Source: Candidatus Heimdallarchaeum aukensis
Lineage (GTDB): Archaea > Asgardarchaeota > Heimdallarchaeia > Heimdallarchaeales > Heimdallarchaeaceae
NCBI GenBank assembly: GCA_021513695.1
Contig: CP084166.1
Span: 2,336,001-2,400,000 of the forward strand
DNA length: 64,000 bases
Direction: 5' to 3'
The notes under the pieces were generated by a model that saw nothing but the letters and a program-made list of their open reading frames with translations, ran no database searches and had not been told where the DNA came from. Both the position numbers and the translations under genes were made by a program. This document shows positions 1 through 10,338 of this stretch, in pieces. Position 1 is the first letter of the stretch. Every line of letters starts with the position of its first letter.

Positions 1-832
1 GTCATCGATTTCTCCCATTACATTGATAAAATAACCCTCTTGTTTAGGAGGAACACTAACAGTTTCTAATAAGTCATGAGTAGTTAGAATACCTACAACA
101 TGGTTTGAATCATCAACAACAACTAATGCTTTGTGATCAGACTCGTGAAGTTTTTCTATAGCTTGTTCGACACTGTCATCTAGTTTGCAAGTTACAACAT
201 CTGTACTCATTAGATTAATTATTCTTGTGGAGTAAGGATCAATCTGTGTTTCAGATCTATCTCCAAATGTTTGTCCAGGCAAATCCGATAGAAGAATTGG
301 TTTAAGGTCATGGGGGCTAACAATACCTATAAGTTCATTTTTTTCATTTACAACTGGACATCGAGAAATGTTATTATTTCTACATATAGAAAGTAGTTGT
401 GCCGCAGTTGTTTCAGTATTACTAGTTATTGGGTTTGGTGTCATTAATTCCTTTACTTTTTTTCCTTCATAGAGTTCAAGTTCACTCTTTATAAGATCAA
501 TATCTCGAATAACACCAATTATTTCTCCATTTTCTTCGACAGGAATAGAACGAATTTTTGATTGTATGAGTATTTTTGCTATCTCGTTTATTGGAAGATT
601 TTTCTTTATTGTTGGGACTTTTTTAATAAATGTAGATACTTTAGAATCTAAATAAAGTCGAGATTGTCTAGCTAGAAATCTCTTTGTCAAATAACCTAAA
701 AACACATCTTTTTCATCAAAAACTAATATCTCTCTTGTATTTTTATCAAAAAGTTCTAATGCTTTTGCTAGCTTTTCATTTTCTACAACTGACACGTAAT
801 CTGAAATTAAAGATTCAATTTTTTCGCTCATG
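1..832 (-). CDS. CBS-domain protein (tandem CBS domains); 5' end at 832, 3' end runs off window start (partial)
   Basis: Reverse-strand translation from ATG at 830-832 gives MSEKIESLISDYVSVVENEK... with repeated CBS-like blocks (e.g. 'ILVFDEKDVFLGYLTKRF', 'IPVEENGEIIGVIRDIDL', 'CPVVNEKNELIGIVSPHDL', 'ALVVVDDSNHVVGILTTHDLL'). No stop before position 1. Absent from ORF track, probably because it is truncated. Confidence 0.6.
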
Positions 833-962
833 TTTTAACATAGAATTCTATTCCCTTAAAATTTATGGTTAAGCAACACATTCTTGGGAAAGGTTTTTTA
901 TTGCTTATTTCTCTATATTTAAATAGATTTAAATAAATTAACTATTAATAGTAGATTAAAAG

Positions 963-1235
963 GTGAACACTTTGGTCAGTATATTTCAAGCACTAAAAGT
1001 ATCTCTACTCTTCCTTATTTTCGGATTAATACCTTTTGTATTAGTCGTTATAGCAATAGTATCCTTGATTTCTATGGGCTTTGGTTTTGATTTTAAAGTT
1101 TTATATGCAAATGAAGGAGTAGATCCAGGTTCTGTTCTAGGCAATCTTGGGCTTTTAATAGTTGCATCGTTTATCTTCTTCGTTGGACTTTTCAAAGCTA
1201 TAGGAGATATTGCTGAAGCTGCTCTATTAGAATAA
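963..1235 (+). CDS. small hydrophobic membrane protein (2-3 TM), hypothetical
   Basis: 90-aa ORF made of hydrophobic stretches; AT-rich TATA-like sequence upstream; T-run terminator immediately downstream. Confidence 0.4.
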   Translation: MNTLVSIFQALKVSLLFLIFGLIPFVLVVIAIVSLISMGFGFDFKVLYANEGVDPGSVLGNLGLLIVASFIFFVGLFKAIGDIAEAALLE

Positions 1236-1239
1236 ATTC

Positions 1240-1258
1240 TTTTTTTTTCTTTTTTTTT
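1240..1258 (+). terminator. oligo-T tract (archaeal-type terminator) after small membrane gene
   Basis: tttttttttcttttttttt directly after the stop codon at 1233-1235. Confidence 0.3.
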
Positions 1259-1339
1259 ACCTTAATGTAAGGAAGCTTAATCGTAATGTTCTATTTAAGT
1301 TAAAAGGATTGTTTTTCGATTGTAAAACTATTTAAATGT

Positions 1340-2986
1340 ATGAAAAGTATTTTGGCTAAGGAAACGATTGTTATACGAATGATAACAATGAATAACTTAA
1401 GCTCAAACAGTAGTTATAGACAGAAAAAAAGTGGTTATTTAGACGTTCTTTTAATAGGTTTTTCAATAGTCTGTTTGTTACTTTATATCTTTTTTTTTAA
1501 CAAAATAGTTTTAGTTTTTGATGAATTTACAATTATTCTAAATATATTGTTCATATTTGCAATGTTTCTCCTATGGTCTTTAACTTCTAGTTTTTTTTAT
1601 TTTTTAAATAAAACAGAACATGAAGTCAAAATTTTTGTTTCAACTATTTCTCTTCTTATTGTAATGGCTATATTGTCAACTTACTTAATTTCAATAATGG
1701 AACGAATTTTTATTCTTATTACAAGCACAAAAGATAAGTTAATGATCATTATTTATACAGCTTATATAGTTCCTATTATAGAGGAAATTTCGAAAATTTT
1801 TCCGATTTTAATCCTTTTTAGACATTATATTCGTTATAAAAATAATGAGAAATTGGTTACATATCGTTTAATTGTCTCTTATAGGCAGTTTGTATTTTAT
1901 TCGGTTCTTTTTGGTTCATGTTTTGGTTTTTTTGAGCATTTCTTCTTATTCTCCTCTTTGTTTGATTATGAGAATATAGGTGATATCGCTTTTCTACGCA
2001 TCTTTTATCCTCTCCACCCTGTAACTTCTGGTTTGTTGGCGATTGGTATTGGTTATTTTTTGTTTGTTAATTCAAATGTAAAGAAACTGAAAAATTGGTT
2101 AATTGCTTTACCTCCTATTTTTTTGTCTTTAATTTTCCATATTTTATGGAATTACAATGCTTATTTTAATTCACTTACTATATTACAATATATAGGTTGG
2201 GCAGCTACTGGACTATTTTTTATCATTTGTATATCTTTACTTAAAAAACCAAAAATATGTGGCGATTGTGGGATACAGCATTCAGAAGGAGAATGCGTGA
2301 AAAACCCAACTTTTGTTCTTTCTCTTGAAAAAATTGTCAAGAAAGATACTGTGGTTGAAAAAGAATATATTGTAAAAGAAGATTATATCATGTGTCCTTT
2401 ATGTGGAGTACAAGCTTTTGATGGTGAAATCTGTCATGCTTGTAACAGCTGGGCAAAGTTCCAATGTTCTAATTGTAATCAAGTTGTACCTCCTTTTGCA
2501 AGAACATGTTGGTCATGTGGAGCATCTTTACCAACTCTACAGGAGAAAATTAGGTCTACATCCCCTTCATTATATATGACATTATCTGTTGCAATAACAC
2601 GAATTGTTTCATCTACAGTCTTAATTAGTTTAATAATTGGACTACTTAATCTGAAAAATAAATTAAGTTATTTAGGCTTCACAATTCTACTTCTTTCAAT
2701 TTTGATCGCTTTGTCTACCTCTCTAATTTGGTATCGTATAAACAATAAAAAAATTGATTCGATAATTGTGTCAATAGTTGTAACTTCATCCGTGTTCTTT
2801 ACTATAGTATCTATGAATCTACTTTTGATATTGTTAAGTATGATTCAATTGATTATTATACATAATCTTGTGTTTGGCTTTTTTGGCATAATATTCTCTT
2901 CTATCGTCCTTTATGGAATATACAGATATCTTAGGGCGATCTTTAAAGGAGATAGTTTAATTGTTGGGGGTGAAGTTCTTGGATGA
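1340..2986 (+). CDS. polytopic membrane protein with an internal cluster of four CxxC zinc-ribbon pairs; weak CPBP/Abi-like motifs (FFEH, HILWN)
   Basis: 548 aa with many hydrophobic segments. Cys cluster 'CGDCG...C..CPLCG...CHAC...CSNC...CWSCG'. 'EEISK', 'FFEH' and 'FHILWN' resemble the EExxxR/FxxxH/HxxxN motifs of CAAX-protease-like (CPBP) proteins. Confidence 0.45.
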   Translation: MKSILAKETIVIRMITMNNLSSNSSYRQKKSGYLDVLLIGFSIVCLLLYIFFFNKIVLVFDEFTIILNILFIFAMFLLWSLTSSFFYFLNKTEHEVKIFVSTISLLIVMAILSTYLISIMERIFILITSTKDKLMIIIYTAYIVPIIEEISKIFPILILFRHYIRYKNNEKLVTYRLIVSYRQFVFYSVLFGSCFGFFEHFFLFSSLFDYENIGDIAFLRIFYPLHPVTSGLLAIGIGYFLFVNSNVKKLKNWLIALPPIFLSLIFHILWNYNAYFNSLTILQYIGWAATGLFFIICISLLKKPKICGDCGIQHSEGECVKNPTFVLSLEKIVKKDTVVEKEYIVKEDYIMCPLCGVQAFDGEICHACNSWAKFQCSNCNQVVPPFARTCWSCGASLPTLQEKIRSTSPSLYMTLSVAITRIVSSTVLISLIIGLLNLKNKLSYLGFTILLLSILIALSTSLIWYRINNKKIDSIIVSIVVTSSVFFTIVSMNLLLILLSMIQLIIIHNLVFGFFGIIFSSIVLYGIYRYLRAIFKGDSLIVGGEVLG

Positions 2987-4163
2987 AGAGAAAAAATACA
3001 AAGAAAGGCAATTAAAGTTAGATGCAAAAAAACATTTCCTAGAACAATCCAAATTTACTGCAGCAGAGTTACAAGGAAGAGGATATCAGCTTTCACCTAT
3101 CTTGTTTGAAGATTCAAAAAGCAGAAGAGTATTTGATGAAGGAAAGGTTGAAAAATTTTCTTTTGTAGAGAAAACAAAAAAGGTATTTCTTACTTTATTT
3201 GGGTTTATTGTCAATCTTGTTTGGTTGGTTATTGACTATAATAATGTTAACAGTGAGAAATATTTTCTTCATAATAAAAATAGAAGTAAGAGAGAATATT
3301 ATACTGAATTAATATTACACATTTCAACATTTTATTCAATAACACTTATTGTTCTTGTTCTAATTAATTACTTTATTTTAGATTCGGCAGCTATTTCTTC
3401 TCTTTATGATATTCGTTCATTAGTTTGGTACCCGGATAGAGTATTGAGTTTAAGTTATATCTATGTTTTTTCAGCTGAAACTACTTTTGATATAATTACA
3501 AACACAATTTTAACAGTTTTAGTCCCATTTTTTATTGCTGGTGTTGTTGCTGGTATTGCATGGAAAGAAGATGCCAAAGATGTTGTCGGTCCATCTTCAT
3601 TTCTATCATTTTTACTGTTCATGGCTTTTTTCTTTAATGAAATCTTCATAACTTCATCCTTCAAAACAAATGATGTTCTTGCAGGATGGTTCTTGTCATT
3701 AATGTATGAATCTATGATGCTTATAATATTGTTTCAAGCACTTATGCTTAGTTTACTTGGTGGGGCATTGGGTGTTATGTTAGGCATTTCCTTTTCAAAT
3801 ATAGCTTCACAGAAGAATGATGAACAATCCTTTTTCTCACCTTCTATTCTCCCAGTAATACCTATTACAGTAAAAACTCTATTTGATATGGTAGATGTAT
3901 CTTCTTTAACTGGTTCTTCATTTAGCTCTAGAACAATGTTAGTTTATTTAAATAGAACTATAGAATTAAACTCAAAAAGAACAAGAACTGAACATTGTCC
4001 CTATTTTGTAGAAGGGCGTTGTGCATATTTAGGTTATAAAACCACTGCTACAAAAAAGCAAATCTGTACAACTGAATCATATAATTCTTGTAGGGTTCTC
4101 GCATTCATCTTGCAAAGTAAATTATTGATCAAAGAAATAAAAGAGGAAGAAAGAAATGGTTAA
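2961..4163 (+). CDS. polytopic membrane protein, hypothetical; C-terminal Cys-containing tail
   Basis: 400-aa ORF with multiple TM-like stretches; overlaps the upstream gene by 26 nt, so the true start may be an internal ATG. Confidence 0.45.
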   Translation: MLGVKFLDEEKKYKERQLKLDAKKHFLEQSKFTAAELQGRGYQLSPILFEDSKSRRVFDEGKVEKFSFVEKTKKVFLTLFGFIVNLVWLVIDYNNVNSEKYFLHNKNRSKREYYTELILHISTFYSITLIVLVLINYFILDSAAISSLYDIRSLVWYPDRVLSLSYIYVFSAETTFDIITNTILTVLVPFFIAGVVAGIAWKEDAKDVVGPSSFLSFLLFMAFFFNEIFITSSFKTNDVLAGWFLSLMYESMMLIILFQALMLSLLGGALGVMLGISFSNIASQKNDEQSFFSPSILPVIPITVKTLFDMVDVSSLTGSSFSSRTMLVYLNRTIELNSKRTRTEHCPYFVEGRCAYLGYKTTATKKQICTTESYNSCRVLAFILQSKLLIKEIKEEERNG

Positions 4164-4935
4164 TATCAAAGATTACATGAATCTAAAAGGTTTTGTTATT
4201 TTATTAGCTGCAATCCTGTTTATTTTACTAAATAGCACTCAAGAGTCCTATATCTCCATTGAGCAAATTGATTCTACAACTTTAGAAACAATTCAAACTG
4301 GTTCAGAAACGGGTACCGGTAGTGTCCCTCCTTCTCCTACTTCTACAAGTATACCTACATTTCCTGAAATCACGGATACTATTCCTCAACCTTCTTCTTC
4401 CAGTTTCTCACCAGCTACATTAATTGCTATTGTAACAAGTGTTATTTTCATAGGAATTATTATTCTATTAATTATGAAACGCAAAAATTTTGTCACTTAT
4501 GGTTCCTTCACTAAACCAAAAAGGATTCCTACAAAAACCATAATTGAAAAAAGAGAGATTTTTAGGACGCAAATTGTTACACTTAAAGATATCTTATTAG
4601 ATTACCTTGATAATAAAAAATATACCGAAGGTGTGATTTATGGTTTTCTTACCCTTGATAAAAATATGAAACAATTGTTAGGCTTAAAGAGAAAAAGTTC
4701 TCTAACACCTAAAGAATTCGCTGAATCCTTAGAACTTCCTGAGATCATTCAGAATCTAAAGAATATTGTTAATCAATTCTACAGAGCTAGATATAAACTT
4801 GATGAGTTAACAAAAGATGATTTGCTAGATTTTATTAATAATTTGGATATTATTAAAGAAAAAAGTAAAACTGCCAAGGAGATTGAAGTTCGTCAGGTTA
4901 TTGTAAAGGAGGAAATTACAAATGGAACGAATTAA
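4156..4935 (+). CDS. DUF4129-domain membrane protein (MoxR-module accessory) with a Thr/Ser/Pro-rich linker
   Basis: N-terminal signal/TM, then a TSP-rich segment (likely glycosylated linker), a second TM, and a C-terminal region with a DUF4129-like signature ('TPKEFAESL...FYRARYKLDELT'). Overlaps both neighbouring genes. Confidence 0.55.
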   Translation: MVNIKDYMNLKGFVILLAAILFILLNSTQESYISIEQIDSTTLETIQTGSETGTGSVPPSPTSTSIPTFPEITDTIPQPSSSSFSPATLIAIVTSVIFIGIIILLIMKRKNFVTYGSFTKPKRIPTKTIIEKREIFRTQIVTLKDILLDYLDNKKYTEGVIYGFLTLDKNMKQLLGLKRKSSLTPKEFAESLELPEIIQNLKNIVNQFYRARYKLDELTKDDLLDFINNLDIIKEKSKTAKEIEVRQVIVKEEITNGTN

Positions 4936-6220
4936 TGTCTCAAGTGTTCGTTATGAAGCTATTTTTAAACTAATCCTACAAACAATGATTTTGTTTTTAA
5001 TCTTGATTTTTCCATTTGTATTTAATTTTGTCACCACTTCCCCTCCTTATACAATAAATAACTATGGTCCTGGCGGTTATTCAATTTTTAGAGAAAAACT
5101 AGAAGATGAGGGTTTTGATGTATCTCGAATCTTGATAAGCACGGAAAATCTCTTAGATCTTCCTAAATCTTCTATTCTAGTAATTGCTGGGGGAACAAAA
5201 ACCTACAGAAATATTGAAATTCAGCGAATTACGGCCTTTTTATACAGAGGAGGAACTGTTTTCTTACTTATTGATTCTGTGACTTCACAAAATTTAGCGC
5301 TTAAACTAAATGTTAGTTCTTCAATGAGCAATATTATGGAAACAGTGAACTATTATAAAACTCCTGAGATAGTTTTGACTGAAGCTCCATTTAAAGAGGT
5401 ATTAAAACACTCTCCTATTGATAAATTGGCTTTTCTTCAACCTAAAGTGGTCTATGGCTCCACAAGTCCTTTTCTAAAAATACAAACAAATAATACTGCA
5501 TTTCTTGATTCAAATTTTGATAAAAAATGGTCTAGATATACAGAAGATTTGAGAAAATACACTCTGGTCACTGTTGAAGGTCGAGGTGCAGGAATTTTAA
5601 TTGTTGTCGGTTCTCCAAGTTTTTTAACAAATGATTTTTACACTGCTGGCTTTGCAAACATCAACACTACTATCTACCTTTTAAAACTCTACTCTAGCTA
5701 TTTGTTTGGAGAAGAGGAACGATATGTTTATTTTGATGAAAGTCATAAACGCTGGTCTATTTGGTCTAGAGATGGTCTCATAAATCAAACTTATGGGACT
5801 ATTACCCTTCTTACTCAATCTGAATCTTTTATTGTGATGATTCTTTTGTTGATTATTAGTCTATATTATCTACTACCTAACGTGCGCAAATTAAAGAAAC
5901 GATCTAAAGAAGGCTACAAAAACTTTCTAAAAAAACATATCTACAGCAAAGAACGTGAGCTTTACGATACTTTGGGGCAACCAGTAAAACCAACTGAAGA
6001 AGAAAAAATATTAACTTCTTTATATTTTCAATATGAAAACTTCCCAAATAGAGTATATAACATCTATTTACAAAGAAAGTTAAATAATATCAGTGAAAAG
6101 AAATTTACTGACCAAGAAAAAACACTGTTTAATGAAATCATTAAAAGAAAAATTGATTTCAAACTATTTATTTACTTGTTTAATAAATTAGAAGAAATAC
6201 AAAAGAGGAACTTAATATGA
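4922..6220 (+). CDS. DUF4350-like membrane protein (MoxR-module accessory)
   Basis: N-terminal TM, then 'GPGGYSIFREKLEDEGFDV...ILVIAGGTK...ITAFLYRGGTVFLLIDS', typical of DUF4350; second TM near the C-terminus. 4-nt overlap with the downstream MoxR gene. Confidence 0.55.
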   Translation: MERINVSSVRYEAIFKLILQTMILFLILIFPFVFNFVTTSPPYTINNYGPGGYSIFREKLEDEGFDVSRILISTENLLDLPKSSILVIAGGTKTYRNIEIQRITAFLYRGGTVFLLIDSVTSQNLALKLNVSSSMSNIMETVNYYKTPEIVLTEAPFKEVLKHSPIDKLAFLQPKVVYGSTSPFLKIQTNNTAFLDSNFDKKWSRYTEDLRKYTLVTVEGRGAGILIVVGSPSFLTNDFYTAGFANINTTIYLLKLYSSYLFGEEERYVYFDESHKRWSIWSRDGLINQTYGTITLLTQSESFIVMILLLIISLYYLLPNVRKLKKRSKEGYKNFLKKHIYSKERELYDTLGQPVKPTEEEKILTSLYFQYENFPNRVYNIYLQRKLNNISEKKFTDQEKTLFNEIIKRKIDFKLFIYLFNKLEEIQKRNLI

Positions 6221-7158
6221 ATGTAGAAGAAACAAAAGAAATTTTCCAAAAAGTCTTGGAACAGATGAAAAAAAGGATCGTAGGAAATGACAAAGTGATA
6301 GAATTAATTTTTGCTACGATGCTAGCCGATGGACATGTATTGTTGGAAGGAGTTCCTGGTATAGCTAAAACTTTAATGGCATCTACTTTAGCAGAAATAC
6401 TTGATCTCAATTTTAAACGAATTCAATTTACTCCCGATTTACTACCTGCTGATATTACAGGAGGAAATATATATAACAGAAAGACCAATGAGTTTGATTT
6501 TGTTAAGGGACCTGTTTTTACTAACATTCTACTAGCTGATGAAATAAATAGGAGTCCTCCCAAAACTCAATCTGCATTATTAGAAGCTATGCAAGAACAT
6601 CAAGTCTCAAGTGGAACGAAAACATATGACTTACCAGACCCATTTTTTGTTATCGCAACTCAAAATCCGATAGAGAGTACTGGTGTTTATCCCCTTCCCG
6701 AGGCACAAATTGATAGATTTTTAGTAAAAATTTTAGTTAAACCTCCAAATGTGTCTGGAGAAGTTGAAATGTTAAAAATGAAAAGAGAAAAGATGTTTGC
6801 TGATGTTGAAATAGTCGTAAAGAAGGAAACAATTTTGGCTATAAAAAGAGAAATTGAAACAAATGTTAAAATCTCTGATCAAGTACTGGAGTACATAGCA
6901 AAACTTGTTACAGCAACACGAGAGATACCTTCTTTATCATTAGGTGCAAGTCCTCGAGGATCTATCGCTTTATTAACTCTCAGTCGCTCTATTGCTGCCA
7001 TAAATGGTAGAGATTATGTTGAACCTGATGATATAAAATCTATCTTTCATGCCGTGATTAATCACCGTTTGATATTATCCCCTGAAGCAGAAATTGAACA
7101 AATAAAAGTTGAAGAGATAATTAAGAATCTCCTTTCTGAAGTTGAAGTAGTTATATAA
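6217..7158 (+). CDS. MoxR-family AAA+ ATPase (module 1)
   Basis: Walker A 'LLEGVPGIAKT'. Conserved MoxR blocks 'FKRIQFTPDLLPADITG', 'GPVFTNILLADEINRSPPKTQSALLEAMQE', 'FFVIATQNP...PLPEAQIDRF'. Confidence 0.9.
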   Translation: MNVEETKEIFQKVLEQMKKRIVGNDKVIELIFATMLADGHVLLEGVPGIAKTLMASTLAEILDLNFKRIQFTPDLLPADITGGNIYNRKTNEFDFVKGPVFTNILLADEINRSPPKTQSALLEAMQEHQVSSGTKTYDLPDPFFVIATQNPIESTGVYPLPEAQIDRFLVKILVKPPNVSGEVEMLKMKREKMFADVEIVVKKETILAIKREIETNVKISDQVLEYIAKLVTATREIPSLSLGASPRGSIALLTLSRSIAAINGRDYVEPDDIKSIFHAVINHRLILSPEAEIEQIKVEEIIKNLLSEVEVVI

Positions 7159-7177
7159 TTCAAACAGTGGTGAAATT

Positions 7178-8557
7178 TTGTCCTTAGAAACAAGAACTGA
7201 ATTAACTAACTCAGGAAGATTTCTTATACTAATCGGTTCCATCATGCTTGTTTTAGGGATTGCTATCGAAAATTATTTGTTTATTATCCCTGGATTATTT
7301 GTACTCTTGGTTATTATTTCAATTCTTGCTAATTTTTTCCTTTTCCAAAGTTTCCCAGAGGCTTCTATAACAGTTTCAAAAGACCATGTACGTAATAGGG
7401 GACTTGTGGCAGTTGTAGGTAATATTCGAAATAATAGCAAAAAAACGCTAATTTGCCGTATAACCCTAAACTATTCTTATCACTTTCATACAGTTGAAAA
7501 GCCCGAATCTTACCTTGTTCAAATAAAACCGGATTCCGAAATTAAACTAGATTGGTATTTATTAGCTATTAGAAGAGGAAATGGAACAATTGGACCAATT
7601 TCAATTTCTCTTAGATTTTTTCAGCAACTTCTTGTCAATCAAATAACTTGTCCAGAGAAAATACAAGTAAAAATTCTTCCTCAAAGACCAAAAATCCAAA
7701 TTCCGTGGAAAACGAAGAAGGATCTCTTGATGCAACTAGTAAACCAATTTGCACAAAGGGTTAAAGGACAAGGAACAGAATTTTTTGCTCTACGAGATTA
7801 TTTACCTGGAGATGAAATGAAGCATATAGATTGGAGAGCTACAGCTAGACATGATAAGCTCATAACGAGAGAATTTGAAGACGAAAAGCAGCTACACTTT
7901 CTCATTTTCCTTGATTTAGGAAGTACAATGTTTGGACCAAAATTTGATTATGCTTTGTCCAGTGTTGTTTCACTTTGTAGTTTGATAAAGGGGACCAATC
8001 ATGATTTGACTGTTATAGCTTATTCTCATGTAGTAGAGAAGTTTATTGTACCTCAAATTGGTATCCACGAATTAAAATTAATGCTTAATTTATATGATTT
8101 AGAAGCTACTGGAGTTCAAAGTGACTTTGTAGAAGCTGCAAAATTTGCTAGAACACAAAAATTTCATCATAGTATAGCAATCATCTTTTCTGACCTAGAT
8201 GGAGATATTAATCAAAAACTTCGTGGATTAGATATTCTTAAACTGATGGGGTCTAAGATTATATTTGTTAATTTTTCTACTCCAAGTTTTAACATTCTTG
8301 CATCCAAAGAATGGTTGATTGAAAAATCTCCAACGATATCTTATTCTACTATTTTAGATAAGGTTTTTTCAAGTTTAGCAATGGATGAATACAAAAATAG
8401 AGAATTAAAAGTAAGAAGAATATTACATGCTTTCGATGGAGATTTTGTTTCTATATATGGTTATGATGATGATATTATTTTAGCTCTCTATCGCCTTATG
8501 AAGAAATATAGCATTAAGCGAAAATTAGATGTTTTTTATAACAGAGGGGAAACTTAA
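7178..8557 (+). CDS. DUF58 protein (vWA-like; MoxR partner), module 1
   Basis: N-terminal TM helices plus the DUF58 signature 'FFALRDYLPGDEMKHIDWRATARHDKLITREFEDEKQ', followed by a vWA-like segment 'FLIFLDLGSTM'. Probable TTG start. Confidence 0.85.
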   Translation: MSLETRTELTNSGRFLILIGSIMLVLGIAIENYLFIIPGLFVLLVIISILANFFLFQSFPEASITVSKDHVRNRGLVAVVGNIRNNSKKTLICRITLNYSYHFHTVEKPESYLVQIKPDSEIKLDWYLLAIRRGNGTIGPISISLRFFQQLLVNQITCPEKIQVKILPQRPKIQIPWKTKKDLLMQLVNQFAQRVKGQGTEFFALRDYLPGDEMKHIDWRATARHDKLITREFEDEKQLHFLIFLDLGSTMFGPKFDYALSSVVSLCSLIKGTNHDLTVIAYSHVVEKFIVPQIGIHELKLMLNLYDLEATGVQSDFVEAAKFARTQKFHHSIAIIFSDLDGDINQKLRGLDILKLMGSKIIFVNFSTPSFNILASKEWLIEKSPTISYSTILDKVFSSLAMDEYKNRELKVRRILHAFDGDFVSIYGYDDDIILALYRLMKKYSIKRKLDVFYNRGET

Positions 8558-9339
8558 TGGTACGAATACGTGATGCAGATTTTGATGCAAATTGGAACTT
8601 AGAAATAAAAAAAACAAAAGGATTTCAGATTATACAAATTCTTCATCTACTATTTGGATTTATGGCACTATTACTTATTCTTGTTCAATCTATTCTGAGT
8701 GATAATATTATTATTTTTACAGTTTGGATGTCATTCACAATAATAATCCTGTTGATAGACATTTCTCGTGGAAGCAACATTAAGATACAAGATGAAATGG
8801 CTTTCTTTGGTTTAATGCTTCTAGGAACATTATTTTCTATGTATTTAGCTAATATTAAATCAATGTTCTTTATTGATAACTTCAACAGGGTGAATATAAT
8901 TTTATATCAAATCTTTGTTGGAGTATTTATATCTCTACGTTTTTTCTTTGCGATATACTTTGAATCAGTGTATAATAAAGAGTTCAAAGTTTTACATCCA
9001 AAAACAAGTTATTCTTCAGAACAATTAAAAATGTATAAAAATAACTTACTAAAAACTGACTTCTCTGTAAAGCAAGTTAAACAATTAGCCTTCAAAAATC
9101 AATTCTTTTATCTTTTATCTACAATCTTCATTCCAATAATCATAATTGGGATATTTGTGTTATTATCTTATGCTTATGCCTTTTTTATCTACTTACTTTT
9201 ACCCAATGATGTGCTTAAAGATTTCATAATTAAACCTGCATTTATAGTTTTTTCATTATTATTTAGTTTCATACTGGTAAGACTAGTTAATTCCTTACCA
9301 GAACTTCTTGGAAAAAAAATATCTGATAAAACAAATTGA
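8557..9339 (+). CDS. polytopic membrane protein, hypothetical (end of MoxR module 1)
   Basis: 260-aa hydrophobic ORF whose start overlaps the DUF58 stop (ATG/TAA overlap). Confidence 0.45.
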   Translation: MVRIRDADFDANWNLEIKKTKGFQIIQILHLLFGFMALLLILVQSILSDNIIIFTVWMSFTIIILLIDISRGSNIKIQDEMAFFGLMLLGTLFSMYLANIKSMFFIDNFNRVNIILYQIFVGVFISLRFFFAIYFESVYNKEFKVLHPKTSYSSEQLKMYKNNLLKTDFSVKQVKQLAFKNQFFYLLSTIFIPIIIIGIFVLLSYAYAFFIYLLLPNDVLKDFIIKPAFIVFSLLFSFILVRLVNSLPELLGKKISDKTN

Positions 9340-9436
9340 CAACAGAGCCGTTTATATTCAATTAATAAAATAATTAACTATAATAATACATTCACATATT
9401 AATAAGGAAAAGTAAAAAATGTTCTCTTTGTTTTTC

Positions 9437-10147
9437 CTACTTAGAATTGCTTTTCCAATTCTGTTTCAACTGTTCTAATGTTGGGGCTCTTCCACAGCTT
9501 TTCTCAATTTCAGGGCAATATCCATAAAAATCACAGAAAGCACCCGCTTTTTTAAACAATACTGGTGCTACCTTTTTTACTTCATTTAACATTTTGTTAG
9601 CAAGTTCTCTTATTTCCCATTGAGCTCTAACACAGCATCGTGAAGAAAAAAAGTCTATTAACGCATGTGCATTCATTGAAACAACTAATTGAGTGCTTGT
9701 TGCATTTGGAAGAATATATCTTGCATCTTCTTTTGGTACTCCTTTCTCTATCAAATCAGTATAAAAGGCAAATAATTCTTTGATTTTATTTTCATATTCC
9801 TCTTTCATTCCTAATTCATCTATAGTTTTAGGAGTAATAAAACTAAAAGAGGCTGCATTGACATATCTCTGTGATTGTTGTGAGTAACTTGCTATTCTTT
9901 TTCTTACTAATTGATGAGATAATACTCTACTCACACCAGATACATGAAATACAAAAATATTATGTTCAATAATTGAAAGATGACCTGATTCGATGATCTT
10001 GCTCAAATATTCCTCTTTTTTTAGTATAGCTTTCTGTTTGACTTTCTCTAGTTCTGACTCTTTACTATAACAAATTACGGCGGCAATGTTTGCAATTAAT
10101 TCAGCTTCTTCAGGATAACTAATTAGACTAACTTCGATAATGTTCAC
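9437..10147 (-). CDS. thyX: flavin-dependent thymidylate synthase ThyX-like
   Basis: 'HLSIIEHNIFVFHVSGVSRVLSHQLVRKRIASYSQQSQRYV', 'ARYILPNATST', 'FFSSRCCVRAQWEIR' match the ThyX fold and motifs. Typical length (236 aa). The canonical RHR reads RKR here. Confidence 0.75.
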   Translation of the reverse strand: MNIIEVSLISYPEEAELIANIAAVICYSKESELEKVKQKAILKKEEYLSKIIESGHLSIIEHNIFVFHVSGVSRVLSHQLVRKRIASYSQQSQRYVNAASFSFITPKTIDELGMKEEYENKIKELFAFYTDLIEKGVPKEDARYILPNATSTQLVVSMNAHALIDFFSSRCCVRAQWEIRELANKMLNEVKKVAPVLFKKAGAFCDFYGYCPEIEKSCGRAPTLEQLKQNWKSNSK

Positions 10148-10338
10148 TTCCTTCCATTATTTGCTCTTTATAGTTCATTATTTTACCTATTTCAAATTTG
10201 TTTCTATCGTTTTTTTATGAACTATTAATACTCTCTTTATTAAGCAAAATGAAATCAGAAACCTTTTTGAATTAAAAAGTATAATAATAAAAATAGGGTG
10301 TTATAATACATTATTCTAAGATAGATAGAGGATTCTTT
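10148..10338. promoter_or_regulatory. divergent AT-rich intergenic region (promoters for thyX and MoxR module 2)
   Basis: 191-bp non-coding gap between divergently oriented genes; TATA-like 'aaagtataataataaaaa' about 45 nt upstream of the 10339 start. Confidence 0.25.

Noticed and set aside
684-872. 62-aa + strand ORF at the window start
   Set aside because: Lies antisense within the well-supported CBS-domain gene on the minus strand (1..832); low-complexity translation, so an artefact of AT-rich sequence.
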